In this document: in pieces, positions 45,798-57,332 of the stretch
Layout of the letters: each line of letters begins with the position of its first letter
Position numbering within the stretch: position 1 is the first letter of the stretch
Source: Actinomycetota bacterium
Lineage (GTDB): Bacteria; Actinomycetota; Acidimicrobiia; Acidimicrobiales; VFJN01
Direction: 5' to 3'
Length of the DNA: 62,071 nucleotides
Assembly: GCA_046723645.1 (NCBI GenBank)
Contig: JBKOUY010000009.1
Coordinates: 1-62,071 of the forward strand
Notes under the pieces: generated by a model
Told to the model about the DNA's origin: nothing
Databases searched by the model: none
The model's input: the letters and a program-made list of their open reading frames with translations, nothing else
Position numbers and translations under genes: made by a program

Positions 45798-46666
45798 CGG
45801 GCGTGCTCGACGGCCAGGTGGCGGTGATCACCGGCGCCGGCCGGGGCCTGGGCCGCGCCTACGCCCTGGCCTACGCGCGGGAGGGCGCCAGCGTCGTCGT
45901 CAACGACCTCGACGCGGCGTCGGCCGCGTCGGTCGTCACTGAGATCGGAATGCTCGGGGGCGAGGCGGTCGCGAGCCACGACTCCGTCGCCGATCCGTCG
46001 GGCGCCGGCCGGATCGTCGCAGCCGGAGTCGATCGCTTCGGCCGCATCGATGTCATGATCACCAACGCCGGCGCCGACCGCCGGGGGCCGGCTCTGGACC
46101 TGGCGCCGGACGACTGGGAGTTCACGCTGGGGACGCACCTGTTCGGGTCGATCCACTGCTCCGTGGAGGCGGGCCGGGTCATGCGCAGCCAGGGCAGCGG
46201 TGGCGTGATCGTGAACGTCTGCTCGGCGGCCTTCTACGTCGGCACCGCGACGCTGGCCCCCTACGGCGTTGCCAAGGGTGGGATCTACGGGCTGATGCGC
46301 TCGTTGGCGGGTGAGCTGGCGCCGTTCGGCATCAGCGTGAACGCGGTGGCGCCGCCATTGACCGCCACGGCTCCGGCGCTGGCGTTCGTCGACAGCCTGG
46401 CCGACATGGGCCTGACCGCCGGGCAGGTCGAGGCCATGCGCTCGTCGATGCCGCAGCCCGAGGACGTCGCCCTCATCACCGTGTTCCTGGCGACGCCGGA
46501 GGGCCGGCGAGTGTCCGGGCGCCTCCTCACGATGAGCAAGGACGAGCTGTCGGCGATCGGTCCACCGGACGGCGGGCGGCCCGTGCGGGCTGCGGGGGAG
46601 CGATGGACGTTGAAGGAACTGGGCGCGGCCGTCGCATCGTTGGGGGCTGGCCCGACAACAACCTGA
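45794..46666 (+). CDS. SDR oxidoreductase
   Basis: ITGAGRGLG, VVVNDL, TNAG, YGVAK, VNAVAP; GTGA overlap with upstream gene. Confidence 0.92.
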   Translation: MTGVLDGQVAVITGAGRGLGRAYALAYAREGASVVVNDLDAASAASVVTEIGMLGGEAVASHDSVADPSGAGRIVAAGVDRFGRIDVMITNAGADRRGPALDLAPDDWEFTLGTHLFGSIHCSVEAGRVMRSQGSGGVIVNVCSAAFYVGTATLAPYGVAKGGIYGLMRSLAGELAPFGISVNAVAPPLTATAPALAFVDSLADMGLTAGQVEAMRSSMPQPEDVALITVFLATPEGRRVSGRLLTMSKDELSAIGPPDGGRPVRAAGERWTLKELGAAVASLGAGPTTT

Positions 46667-46679
46667 CGCTGCCGCAATC

Positions 46680-46874
46680 CCAGTGGGGGCCAGGACCGGG
46701 TTGGCCTGGCCGACCGCGTGGTCGCGGTCGCGGTCGCCGATGGGATGGACCGCGGACCTTACCGACGAAGAACGAGTGCCACTTCTCGCCGAGGTGAGAT
46801 CGCTGCTCTCCGACGGCGAATGCCGGCGACTGTGGACCACCCACGTCTACTGGACCCGACTGCTGGGCGGCTGA
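46680..46874 (+). pseudogene. C-terminal remnant, probably of a class I SAM methyltransferase
   Basis: MGWTADLTDEERVPLLAEVRSLL...RRLWTTHVYWTRL resembles methyltransferase C-termini; no SAM-binding N-terminus present. Confidence 0.45.
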
Positions 46875-46979
46875 GCCGGTCGACCATGACCGCCGGCCGC
46901 TGACGCATCGTTGGTCCTCAGTGGTGGTGGCGGTCAGAATGTCCTGTTGTTGGCAGCGACGGCGGAGCCAGGGGCCGGC

Positions 46980-47723
46980 ATGGCTGAAATCGTGGACGAG
47001 CCGGGTGGTCCGGTATCGAGGCGGCGGGTCGGGCTCGAGCCGACGGTCAGGGTGCTGTCGGCGACGATCATCATCGGCGCCGCCACCGGTGCGGTCATCG
47101 GCGGGCTGGGCGGTCGGCTCGCGATGCGCATCCTGTTCCTGACCTCTGACGACGCGGTCAGGGGGCTGACGAGCGACGACGGCTTCGAGATCGGGAGGTT
47201 CACCCTCGGCGACACCGCTGGGCTCGTGGTCGTCACGTCCGTCATCGGCGTGATCGCCGCGTTGATATTCCTCGTCGCCTGGCCCTTCGTCTCCCGCTTC
47301 GGGCGCACGACGGTGCCGATGATGGCCGTGCTGTACGGGGTGGTTGGTGGGGCGATGATGGTTCATACCGACGGCGTCGACTTCACAGTCTTGGAGCCGG
47401 CTGCCCTGGCCATCGCCCTGTTCGTCGCGATCTGCGCCGGGTTCGGGGCAGTGGTGGCTCATCTCGTCGGCCGCGCGGCGGCCGTCGACGGATGGCCCCG
47501 GGCGAGCGGGTGGTGGCTGCTCGGTCCGCCATTGATCCTCTTGTTGTTCCCGCCCGTCCTGGTCGTCGCCGTGGCGGCCGCGGCCACGAATCAAGCTGAC
47601 GCGGTGGCCAGTCCGGACGACAGGCGGTGGCGCACGGTGCACGCCGGCGCCTTGCTGGCCATGCTCGCCCTGTTCGTGGCCGGTGCGGTGGATCTGGCGC
47701 GGGACACCGCCACGCTGACATGA
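46980..47723 (+). CDS. multi-pass membrane protein, hypothetical
   Basis: About 6-7 hydrophobic segments; GGLGGRLAMR, SDDGFEIGRFT, DGVDFTVLEP motifs. Confidence 0.78.
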   Translation: MAEIVDEPGGPVSRRRVGLEPTVRVLSATIIIGAATGAVIGGLGGRLAMRILFLTSDDAVRGLTSDDGFEIGRFTLGDTAGLVVVTSVIGVIAALIFLVAWPFVSRFGRTTVPMMAVLYGVVGGAMMVHTDGVDFTVLEPAALAIALFVAICAGFGAVVAHLVGRAAAVDGWPRASGWWLLGPPLILLLFPPVLVVAVAAAATNQADAVASPDDRRWRTVHAGALLAMLALFVAGAVDLARDTATLT

Positions 47724-47756
47724 GATCCGAGGCGGTCAACCGTCTCGCCGGCTTCG

Positions 47757-49028
47757 CTAGCCCTTGCCGGCGCCATTCCCTCCTGCCCCACGGTTGTCCC
47801 CATCGTCGCCTTGGTCACCGTGGCCCCGGTTGCCGTCGCGCCGGTCACCGTCCCCCCGGTTGCCGTCGCCCCGGTTGCCGGGGCCGCCTGCCTGCACGTC
47901 GACGTTTCGTGGCTTCTCGACGGTCGGCCTCGGAGGTGTGCTCGAAGCCGTGGTCGAGGTCGGGCTCGCCGCGGCCGGTGCGGGGCCCGGACCGGGCGGG
48001 GCGTCGGCCGACTGCGGCTTGCCGGCGAACAGCCACGCCGGCACCGTCAGAGCGACGCTTGCGGCCACCACGGCCACCAGGCGGCTTCGGCGGGTGGCGG
48101 CTGGCCGGTGGCCCCCGGTCGGACGGGCGGGAACCGGCATCCTCCTCGAGCTGCCGGGCGTGATCCGAGCCGTCGGCGCCAGGACCGCGGTGTCGGTGGT
48201 CGCGGGGACGATGCGGGCGGTGGCCCCCAGCACGAGGGGTGCCGACCGGGCGTCGAAGGCCTCCGCGGCGGCGCAGGCGGTCGGCCGCCGGGCCGGGTCG
48301 CGGTCCGTCATGGCCCCGAGGACGTCGCGCAACCAGCCCGGGAGGCCGGGCGGGATCGCCGCCGGCCGACAGAGGCGCGCCATCGCCGCTTCGAGCTGGC
48401 CCCCCGGATAGCAGCGGGTCCCGGTGAGGCACTCGAGCACCACGAGCCCCAAGGCGTAGACGTCGGCCGGCGGTCCGACCACGCGCCCCTCGAGCTGCTC
48501 GGGGGCGAGGTAGGCGCCGGTGCCGACGACCATCCCCGTGGCCGTCACGGCGCCGGCGTCGGCGACGCGAGCGATTCCGAAGTCGCTCAGCCGGGCTTGG
48601 CCGGCCACGTCGAACAGGACGTTGCCGGGCTTCACGTCGCGATGGACCACCGGGACCCGATGGGCGTGGGCGATGGCGTCGGCAAGGTCTCGGGCGAGGT
48701 CGAGGGACCGGTCGGTTCCGAGGGGCCCGGCGACGAGCTCATCGGCGAGCGTGGGCCCGTCGACGAGCTCCAGCGCCAGGTAGGGAACCCCGTCGTGCGC
48801 CCCGGTCCGGTACAGCTTCACCACGCCCGGGTGATCCAGGCGGGCGAGCGTTGCCGCCTCGATCCGGAACCGGTGCAGGTGCTCGGCGTGGACGTCGCGG
48901 AGGAGCTTCAAGGCAACCGGCCGGTCGCCCTCGGTGTCCACGGCCCGGTACACGTCGGCCATGCCCCCGCGACCCAGGAGCTGCTCCACGCGGTAGCGCT
49001 CATCGATCATCGAACCGAGGGCGAGCAC
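47757..49028 (-). CDS. Hanks-type Ser/Thr protein kinase with TM and low-complexity tail
   Basis: LGRGGMADVY, VALK, HRDVKPGN, DFG, YLAPEQ, DVYALG; TM LVAVVAASVALTVPAWLF. Confidence 0.93.
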   Translation of the reverse strand: MLALGSMIDERYRVEQLLGRGGMADVYRAVDTEGDRPVALKLLRDVHAEHLHRFRIEAATLARLDHPGVVKLYRTGAHDGVPYLALELVDGPTLADELVAGPLGTDRSLDLARDLADAIAHAHRVPVVHRDVKPGNVLFDVAGQARLSDFGIARVADAGAVTATGMVVGTGAYLAPEQLEGRVVGPPADVYALGLVVLECLTGTRCYPGGQLEAAMARLCRPAAIPPGLPGWLRDVLGAMTDRDPARRPTACAAAEAFDARSAPLVLGATARIVPATTDTAVLAPTARITPGSSRRMPVPARPTGGHRPAATRRSRLVAVVAASVALTVPAWLFAGKPQSADAPPGPGPAPAAASPTSTTASSTPPRPTVEKPRNVDVQAGGPGNRGDGNRGDGDRRDGNRGHGDQGDDGDNRGAGGNGAGKG

Positions 49029-49069
49029 GGCATTCGTCCTGACCTGCCGGGGAAGTGGTCGACAACCGG

Positions 49070-49094
49070 CTACCCGGTACGCGCGGACCCAATC
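49070..49094 (-). promoter_or_regulatory. SigB/SigF-type promoter candidate GATT-N15-GGGTAG
   Basis: About 40 nt upstream of the kinase start on the minus strand. Confidence 0.45.
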
Positions 49095-49338
49095 GGCCGT
49101 TCAGCCGTGGGCGTCAGACCACTGGACCGACCAGAACGATGGGCCGGTCCCGCCGTGGTACTCGGCCAACGTGTTCAACGCGTCGTGATCCGCGACCAGT
49201 ACTGCCGGCCGCCACCTCGACCACCGCGGGAATGAAGGGGCGCGGCGGGCACGCTGTGCGTGAAAATCGACGGAAGTTCGTTGAGTCGCATCTGCCCGCG
49301 GCGAGCAGCGCGCGGGTCGCAGGACAGGGGGAACCGAC

Positions 49339-49737
49339 ATGACCGACACACCACCGCCTGTCCCGCCGCCTTCCGCAGCAGCACGCGGCCCGAGAGGACA
49401 GGTGCGGAACCCGGCCGCGGTGATCATCTTCTCGATCATCACCATCGGGATCTACTACCTGTACTGGACCTATCAGGTGTTCCGCGAGCTCAAGGAGCAC
49501 ACCGGCGAGGGGATCGGGCCGGTGATCGGTCTCGTACTCGGGATCCTGATCAACCCAGTCAACTGGTTCGTGCTGCCCTCCGAGATCGGCAACATGTACG
49601 ACCATGCGGGCCAGCCCAAGCCAGTGAGCGGCGCGACAGGCTTCTGGCATCTCATCCCACTCGTCGGGTTCATCATCTGGACCGTGAAGGTCCAGGGCGC
49701 GCTCAACCGGGCCTGGGAAGGCCAGGTAGCCGTTTAG
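49339..49737 (+). CDS. DUF4234-like membrane protein
   Basis: GQVRNPAAVIIFSIITIGIYYLYWTYQ...EL, VQGALN.W. Confidence 0.82.
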   Translation: MTDTPPPVPPPSAAARGPRGQVRNPAAVIIFSIITIGIYYLYWTYQVFRELKEHTGEGIGPVIGLVLGILINPVNWFVLPSEIGNMYDHAGQPKPVSGATGFWHLIPLVGFIIWTVKVQGALNRAWEGQVAV

Positions 49738-49786
49738 CGCAGTTCTGACGAGACCGCATGATGCGGGGTTCCAGAGCCGCGGGCGC

Positions 49787-50170
49787 TCAACCGATCAGCG
49801 TCCGCTTTGGTCGCAGGATGCAGAACTCGTTGCCCTCCGGGTCGGCCAGCACGGTCCAGGACTCGTCGCCCGTCTGCCCGATGTCCACATGTCGGGCACC
49901 CAGGGCCAGGATCCGGCTGATCTCGGCCTCCCGGTCGTCGGGACCCGCGTCGCCGCCGGGATTGAGATCGAGGTGGACACGGTTCTTCACCGTCTTCTCC
50001 TCGCCTGCGGGCATCAAGCAGATCCCGACCGGGGCGTCCACGTCGGTGCCGATGACGACCTCTCGCTCACGTTCGGAGAGGATCTGCCAACCCAGGACCT
50101 GACTCCAGAATCGAGCCAACCGGGGCAGATCGTGGGCGTCGATGACGATGTGATGCAGCGACACGGTCAT
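49787..50170 (-). CDS. VOC family protein (Glyoxalase_6)
   Basis: IVIDAHDLPRLARFW, KNRVHLDL, WTVLADPEGNEFC. Confidence 0.9.
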   Translation of the reverse strand: MTVSLHHIVIDAHDLPRLARFWSQVLGWQILSEREREVVIGTDVDAPVGICLMPAGEEKTVKNRVHLDLNPGGDAGPDDREAEISRILALGARHVDIGQTGDESWTVLADPEGNEFCILRPKRTLIG

Positions 50171-50223
50171 GGACGAAGTGTGGCGTCGATCGTGCGGCCG
50201 GCAACCCCCGCCGAGGCGACCCG

Positions 50224-51147
50224 TCACTTGACGACGATCGGGTTGACCGGGGAGCCGAGGCCGTTGACGAAGGGCTCCGGCGAGCCCTCGAAGAGGAATT
50301 GGTAGACGCCGTCGTCGGCGCAGTCGTCGGCCAGGGCCTCGAGGTCGAAGTTCTGTCCCTGGGTCAAACCCATCTCGACCAGGTGGAGCAGGTGCACCAC
50401 CAGCAGCAGGTCGGGGTGCCTGTCCATGTCCAGGTACTCGAAGGTGATGTTGTCGGTGGCCACGGCGGCCACATCGTGGTCGCGGAACCACTCGACCGAC
50501 CAGAACGACGGGCCGGTCCCGCCGTGGTACCCCTGCTTGTCGCCGGCCCTCAGCAGCTGCATCAGCCCCGTCCGCACCAACACCACGTCGCCGGGGCCGA
50601 CGGTCACCCTGCCCAGTTCGCAGGCAGCATCGAGGTCGTCGCCGGTGATGGCGTAGGGGACGTCGAGCCGCTCCATCCCCTTGGCCCGGGCCACATCCAG
50701 TAGGACGCCGCGGCCAACCAGCCGGCCGACGTTGCCGATGCCGCACCTGGCGGCGCCGGCCTCGCTGAGGCTCTCGATCGGATGGCCGTTGTAGATCCGG
50801 CCGAGATAGGACGCGTGGGCCAGAGCGTCCCAATGGGTCGCCGCCTGGAGGCCCATGACCACGACGTCGTCGCTGGTGCAGAAGCCCTCCGGGTCGAAGA
50901 CCGGCCGGTTCACCGTGAGCATGGTGCGCAGCGGGTTCAGCCGCCCCGGGATGGCGCCGATCTGCGGGCCGTCCGGGCCCAGCGGCAGGGCGAGCGAGAA
51001 AGCCCTGCCCTGCCGGACGAGCCCAGCCGCCTCGCGCACCCCGTCGGGCGTGATGAGGTTCAGCGTCCCCAGCTCGTCGTCCGTGCCCCAGCGGCCCCAG
51101 TTGTTGACCTTGCGGGCCAGCTCGAAGAAGGCGTCGGGCAGCGTCAT
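50224..51147 (-). CDS. metal-dependent cyclase family protein (kynurenine formamidase-like)
   Basis: NNWGRWGTDDELGTLN, QAATHWDALAH, GRGVLLDV, GDVVLVRTG, GSPVNP. Confidence 0.9.
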   Translation of the reverse strand: MTLPDAFFELARKVNNWGRWGTDDELGTLNLITPDGVREAAGLVRQGRAFSLALPLGPDGPQIGAIPGRLNPLRTMLTVNRPVFDPEGFCTSDDVVVMGLQAATHWDALAHASYLGRIYNGHPIESLSEAGAARCGIGNVGRLVGRGVLLDVARAKGMERLDVPYAITGDDLDAACELGRVTVGPGDVVLVRTGLMQLLRAGDKQGYHGGTGPSFWSVEWFRDHDVAAVATDNITFEYLDMDRHPDLLLVVHLLHLVEMGLTQGQNFDLEALADDCADDGVYQFLFEGSPEPFVNGLGSPVNPIVVK

Positions 51148-52613
51148 CAGCGCGGGTCGCGCTCGGCGACGAGGGCGGCCCGGTTGAGCTTGCCCGCCTC
51201 GCTGCGGGGGATGGCGTCGACCAGCTCGATCGACTTCGGCACCTTGTACGGCGAGAGGCGCTCCCGGCACCAGGCGATCAGCTCGTCGGCCGCCACCGGT
51301 GCCCCGGCGTGCGCGGGCTGGACGACGGCGTGGACGCGCCGCCCCCACTCCTCGTCGGCCAGGCCGATCACGACGACGTCGCCCACGGCCGGGTGCTCGC
51401 TCAGGGCGCTCTCGACCTCGGCCGGGAATACGTTGGCGCCACCGCTCACGATCATGTCCACCCGCCGGTCCGCCAGGTAGAGGTAGCCGTCGGCATCTAG
51501 GAAGCCCAGGTCGCCCACGGTGGCGAAGCCGTCGCCGGTCTCCGGGATCGGTGCCACGTCGCCGACGTACGTGGACATCACGCCCTGCGGCTGGCGCATG
51601 TAGATGCCGCCAACCTCGCCGGTCGGAAGCTCGGTGCCGTCGTCGTCGAGGATGCGTAGCTCGGTGCCGATCGCACCCCTTCCCACCGTCCCGGGATGGT
51701 CGAGGTACTCGTCACCGCGCGCGAACGTGGCGCCGGCGCCCTCGCTCGAGCCGTAGCAGACGAAGAAGTGCGTGGGCCCGACGAGGTCGATCCACGTGCG
51801 GGCCAGCCATTCGGGCAGCGGGGCGGCCCCGTGCATGACCCACTCGATGCTGGACAGATCGCGCTCGCCGGCCCGGGGCTCGCGCGCGATGCGCTGCAGC
51901 ATGATCGTGGTGGCGACGAAGCCCGTCACGCGGTGCCGTTCTATGGCGTCGAGGAGCCGGGCGGGGTTGAACCGCTGCAGGAGCAGCAGGCGATCGCCCG
52001 CCAGCAGGTTGGCGGTGTGCATGAAGCCGTTGTTGTGGTACAGCGGCGCCGGCACGAGGACGAGCTGAGGATCCGACAGCTGCCCGTACGCCTCGAGCAG
52101 GGCGTTGGGCGAGCCCTCCGGGTTGTAGACGCCCGGGCTCTTGCGGAGGATGACCTTGGGCGTGCCCGTCGACCCCGAGCTCAGGATGCCCGACGAGTGG
52201 GGCGCGATGACCTCCGGCAGCGGCTCCGTCGACGCCGACAGGCTGCCCTCCAGCAGCTCGGCATCGTCGGGCTCGACCATGAGCTTCGGGTCCAGCACGG
52301 AGCGCACGCGCTCGAGCTCCCACGCAGGCAGGTCCCAGCGCACCGGCACCACGACGGCCCCGAGCTTCCACCCGGCGAAGGTCGTGAAGATGTGCTCGGG
52401 GCAGTTGTGGAGCTTGATCCCCAGTCGGTCGCCCTCGCCGAGCCCCCGCGCGGCCAGCGCCCGGGCGATCTGGGTCGAGCGCGCGTCGAGCTCGGACCAC
52501 GGGACCAGGCGCTCGCCCCCGCGGTCGGCAGCGAAGACGATGGCGGTCTGGTCCGGATGCTCCTCGCCCAGCTGCCGAATGCGTGACCCATAGGGGATGG
52601 GTGCGGTGTTCAT
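51147..52613 (-). CDS. acyl-CoA synthetase / AMP-binding protein (bile acid-CoA ligase-like)
   Basis: SSGSTGTPK, APLYH, YGSSEG, TVGDLG, DMIVSGGANVFPAEVE, YKVPK, AGK; ATG 52613. Confidence 0.92.
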   Translation of the reverse strand: MNTAPIPYGSRIRQLGEEHPDQTAIVFAADRGGERLVPWSELDARSTQIARALAARGLGEGDRLGIKLHNCPEHIFTTFAGWKLGAVVVPVRWDLPAWELERVRSVLDPKLMVEPDDAELLEGSLSASTEPLPEVIAPHSSGILSSGSTGTPKVILRKSPGVYNPEGSPNALLEAYGQLSDPQLVLVPAPLYHNNGFMHTANLLAGDRLLLLQRFNPARLLDAIERHRVTGFVATTIMLQRIAREPRAGERDLSSIEWVMHGAAPLPEWLARTWIDLVGPTHFFVCYGSSEGAGATFARGDEYLDHPGTVGRGAIGTELRILDDDGTELPTGEVGGIYMRQPQGVMSTYVGDVAPIPETGDGFATVGDLGFLDADGYLYLADRRVDMIVSGGANVFPAEVESALSEHPAVGDVVVIGLADEEWGRRVHAVVQPAHAGAPVAADELIAWCRERLSPYKVPKSIELVDAIPRSEAGKLNRAALVAERDPR

Positions 52614-52627
52614 GTCCCCCTCGCCCG

Positions 52628-53833
52628 TCAGGCGGCCACCTTCTCCTCGACGCCGAGCAGGCGCATCATGTTGCCACCCATGATCTTGCGCAGATCCTCG
52701 TCGGGTAGCCCCGCGAGCTCGTCGAGGTAGGAGAGGGGATCGGCCAGGCCCTCGACGTGGGGGAAGTCCGACCCGAAGATCACGTGGTCGGCGCCCAGCA
52801 GCTGAACCAGCCCGCGGGGATCCTCCTCGTGGAACGGGTGCATCCAGATGTTCCGCTTGAACGTGTCGGACGGCATCGCCTCGTACGTCTGGGGCATCTG
52901 CCGGTAGCAGTGGTCCAGGTGCTCGAGCAGGTTCGGTACCCAGCCGGCGCCGTTCTCGATGAGCGCGACCCGGACGTCGGGGAACCGCCAGAACACCCCG
53001 TGGCAGATGAGCGAGGTGACCGCGTCCTCGATGTCGCGGTGGCGCGTCTGCACGGTGTGCGCGAACGGCGACGGCTGCGCGAACGCCTGCGTCTCGGTGT
53101 GCACGCCCTCCCACTCGTTGGCATAGCGCACGTAGCCGGTGTCGGATGCGTGGAGCACCACCAGCGTGCCGCTCTCCTGGATCCGCTCCCAGTAGGGGTC
53201 GAACTCGGGCAGGGCGAACGACCTGGGGCCCTGGTAGCCCCAGGCGGGCGCGGGGCGCATCAGCACCACGCGGGCGCCCCGCTCGAGGAGCCACTCGAGC
53301 TCGTCGAGGGCACGGTCGAGGAGCCCGGGCGTCACGATCGGTGTGGAGAAGATGCGACCCTCGAACACGAAGGGCCACGCCTCGGTCATCCACTGGTTCA
53401 GCGCGTGGATGGCGTCGGCGCACAGGTCGGGGTCGTCCTTCATCCGCTCCTCGACCAGGCTGGCGAGCGTGGGCAGCATCAGCGCGTAGTCGACCCCCTG
53501 CTGGTCCATGATCTCGAGCCGTGCCGGCGCCTCACGGAAGCCGGGCGGGCAGTCGATGCCCCGCCCGATGATCTCGCGCTGTGACCTTCCGTTGGGGTTG
53601 CCCTCCTTGAAGTACTCCTCCTGCGCGCCCGGGCGGCCGACGCGGTCGAACGTCGGGTTGGGGATGTAGTCGCTGATCTGGCCGCGCACGACGATCTTCG
53701 TCCGCCCATGGAAGTCGACGTAGTCGATGGCCCCCCTCTGGGGCCCGGGGAGGTACTTCGTGAGCGCGTCCCGCGTCTCGTAGAGGTGGTTGTCGGCGTC
53801 GAAGATGGGAAAGTTCACCCTGCGGGAGGTCAC
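52628..53833 (-). CDS. amidohydrolase family protein
   Basis: FDADNHLYE, HALNQW, LHASD, IENG, FGSDFPHVEG. Confidence 0.92.
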   Translation of the reverse strand: MTSRRVNFPIFDADNHLYETRDALTKYLPGPQRGAIDYVDFHGRTKIVVRGQISDYIPNPTFDRVGRPGAQEEYFKEGNPNGRSQREIIGRGIDCPPGFREAPARLEIMDQQGVDYALMLPTLASLVEERMKDDPDLCADAIHALNQWMTEAWPFVFEGRIFSTPIVTPGLLDRALDELEWLLERGARVVLMRPAPAWGYQGPRSFALPEFDPYWERIQESGTLVVLHASDTGYVRYANEWEGVHTETQAFAQPSPFAHTVQTRHRDIEDAVTSLICHGVFWRFPDVRVALIENGAGWVPNLLEHLDHCYRQMPQTYEAMPSDTFKRNIWMHPFHEEDPRGLVQLLGADHVIFGSDFPHVEGLADPLSYLDELAGLPDEDLRKIMGGNMMRLLGVEEKVAA

Positions 53834-53961
53834 CGCTCCTCCTTGGCTGGATCCAACGGCCCGCCGGCCAGGCCGCCGGGCATGCTCGCAGCGTAACTGT
53901 CAAACGGTTGGCAGGCTGGAAGCCAGGGCGACGCCGGTCGGCCTGCGCGACGATGGGTCCC

Positions 53962-55662
<1,701 letters not shown>

Positions 55663-55676
55663 CGCGGGGTCGGGCC

Positions 55677-55701
55677 GTTTCGCCTCGTCGACAATGGGTA
55701 G
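55677..55701 (+). promoter_or_regulatory. SigB/SigF-type promoter candidate GTTT-N15-GGGTAG
   Basis: Near-consensus match about 40 nt upstream of ATG 55742. Confidence 0.55.
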
Positions 55702-55741
55702 GTGTTGGCGGGACAGGATGCCGATCTGGGGAGGTGCCCTC

Positions 55742-56374
55742 ATGCGTTGGTCGCGCAGCCGCGACGCGGAGATTACGGACGACGCCAGTCCCCACCACCT
55801 GCGGAGCCGGACGGCCGAGGAGGCCGAACTCGTTGGCGCCCTCCGGGCACGCCACGAAACGCCGGGGCCGGAGCCGTTCGCGGAACCACCGACGCTCGAA
55901 CGCTGGGACCGCGTCCAGAGCCGCTGGAACCTCGGCAGCGCCATGGTGCTGCTGGCCGGCGCCGCGATCGCGGTCCTCGGCGGCGTGGCGCTTGCCCGCA
56001 CGGGCATCGACGAGACGTGGTTCCGGCCCGTTCACGACGTGGCGGGCATCCACCACACGCCCCTACTGGCGGCGATCGAGGCCGGCGTCGGGTTGCTGCT
56101 GGTGGCCGCGGGCCTCGCCGGAGCCCCCGGGCTGGCCGCGTTCGTCTGCATCTCCGCGGCAATGGGCGCGGGAGTGGCGGCGGCGGAACCCAGTGTCATC
56201 AGCGAGCAGCTGGCCGCTGAGCGGTGGTGGCTCGTCGCGGTGGCGGTCGCCGGCGCCGGGCTGGCCGTCATCTCGATGGTGCCGTGGCCGCGCTTCGTCG
56301 AGCGCCACTACACCAGCGAGACTGCGACCGCGAGGCGCGGTCCATCGGCGGCCAGGCCCCACCTCGTCAGCTGA
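55742..56374 (+). CDS. 4-TM membrane protein, hypothetical
   Basis: GGGAGG RBS; hydrophobic helices; GGVALARTG...HTPLLAAIE. Confidence 0.72.
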   Translation: MRWSRSRDAEITDDASPHHLRSRTAEEAELVGALRARHETPGPEPFAEPPTLERWDRVQSRWNLGSAMVLLAGAAIAVLGGVALARTGIDETWFRPVHDVAGIHHTPLLAAIEAGVGLLLVAAGLAGAPGLAAFVCISAAMGAGVAAAEPSVISEQLAAERWWLVAVAVAGAGLAVISMVPWPRFVERHYTSETATARRGPSAARPHLVS

Positions 56375-56398
56375 CGGGGTCAGCGACTCATATCACCG

Positions 56399-57106
56399 TC
56401 AGGGCGAGTCTCCCGGCGGGGTCGCCGGGACCGGGGTCCGGTCCGGCCCCGCCTGCGGGCGGGGCTGCCGGTCCGGTCGGCGGCTGGGTGCACAGTCGCC
56501 GATGGCGCCCACGAGCAGATCGCGCAGCATGGCATCGGGGTCCTGGATGCATGCGTGCGCGATGCCCACGACCGCGTGGCGGACAGTGTTGGGCGCGCCA
56601 TGACGGTAGAACCCCTTGGCCGTCGTCCTCATGTCGCGGTTGAAGGTCTCGGCCCAGCGTGCGGCGTCAGGCGCCTGTGCCAGCGCCCTTCGGCTGCGCT
56701 CGTCGATCTCGTTCGGCGGTCGCCCGTCGAGATCGGACAGCACCCGTTCGGCTGCCAGCACGGCCACCGCGAGGATCCGTTGCCGCTCCTCGGAGACGAC
56801 CGGCAGCGCCATGGTGGCGGCGCGCAGTGCGATGCGTACGTCGACGCGGGGGTCGGTGCTGGTCAGCCCGATGACGGACGGGACCAGCTCGATCAGGTTG
56901 CGGCGACCGGCGTCGGTGGTGTGGTCGTTGACGAGGCGGGCGAGCGCGCCGAGCAGCGGGTGGGTGCACGTCGGGTGATCGCTCCAGGCCTCCCCGGCGA
57001 GGTACGACGCCATCTCCATGAAGCACGCGCCCTTGCGCGGCGACCGGTGCTTGCCTCGGGAAAGCTCCGGGATCAGCTCTGGGACTCGAGGGCCGGAACG
57101 AAACAT
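56399..57106 (-). CDS. conserved actinobacterial hypothetical protein
   Basis: LSRGKHRSPRKGACFMEMASYLAGEAWSDHPTCTHPLL...VND motif. Confidence 0.8.
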   Translation of the reverse strand: MFRSGPRVPELIPELSRGKHRSPRKGACFMEMASYLAGEAWSDHPTCTHPLLGALARLVNDHTTDAGRRNLIELVPSVIGLTSTDPRVDVRIALRAATMALPVVSEERQRILAVAVLAAERVLSDLDGRPPNEIDERSRRALAQAPDAARWAETFNRDMRTTAKGFYRHGAPNTVRHAVVGIAHACIQDPDAMLRDLLVGAIGDCAPSRRPDRQPRPQAGPDRTPVPATPPGDSP

Positions 57107-57268
57107 GAGACGCTCCCTGGGGCTCGGGGTCTCCGCCTCCAGTCTGCGCCTTCGGCAGCGGCCTGACCAGCCCGTTCTGCGGATCGCCGCTCGGGTGGGC
57201 GGCGGGGCCGTCGATCTCAGAACTTGGTCACAGTCCAAGACCTGTAGTATCCAGGCGCCAGCCTCGAG

Positions 57269-57282
57269 AGACATGGTTGTCA
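57269..57282. promoter_or_regulatory. putative operator AGACATGGTTGTCA (reverse complement TGACAACCATGTCT)
   Basis: Shared motif 50 nt upstream of the ECH-LLM-ACAD operon. Confidence 0.6.
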
Positions 57283-57332
57283 GATACACAGGGCGATGCG
57301 ACTGACACCGAGACCAGCGTGAGAGGGGGGAG

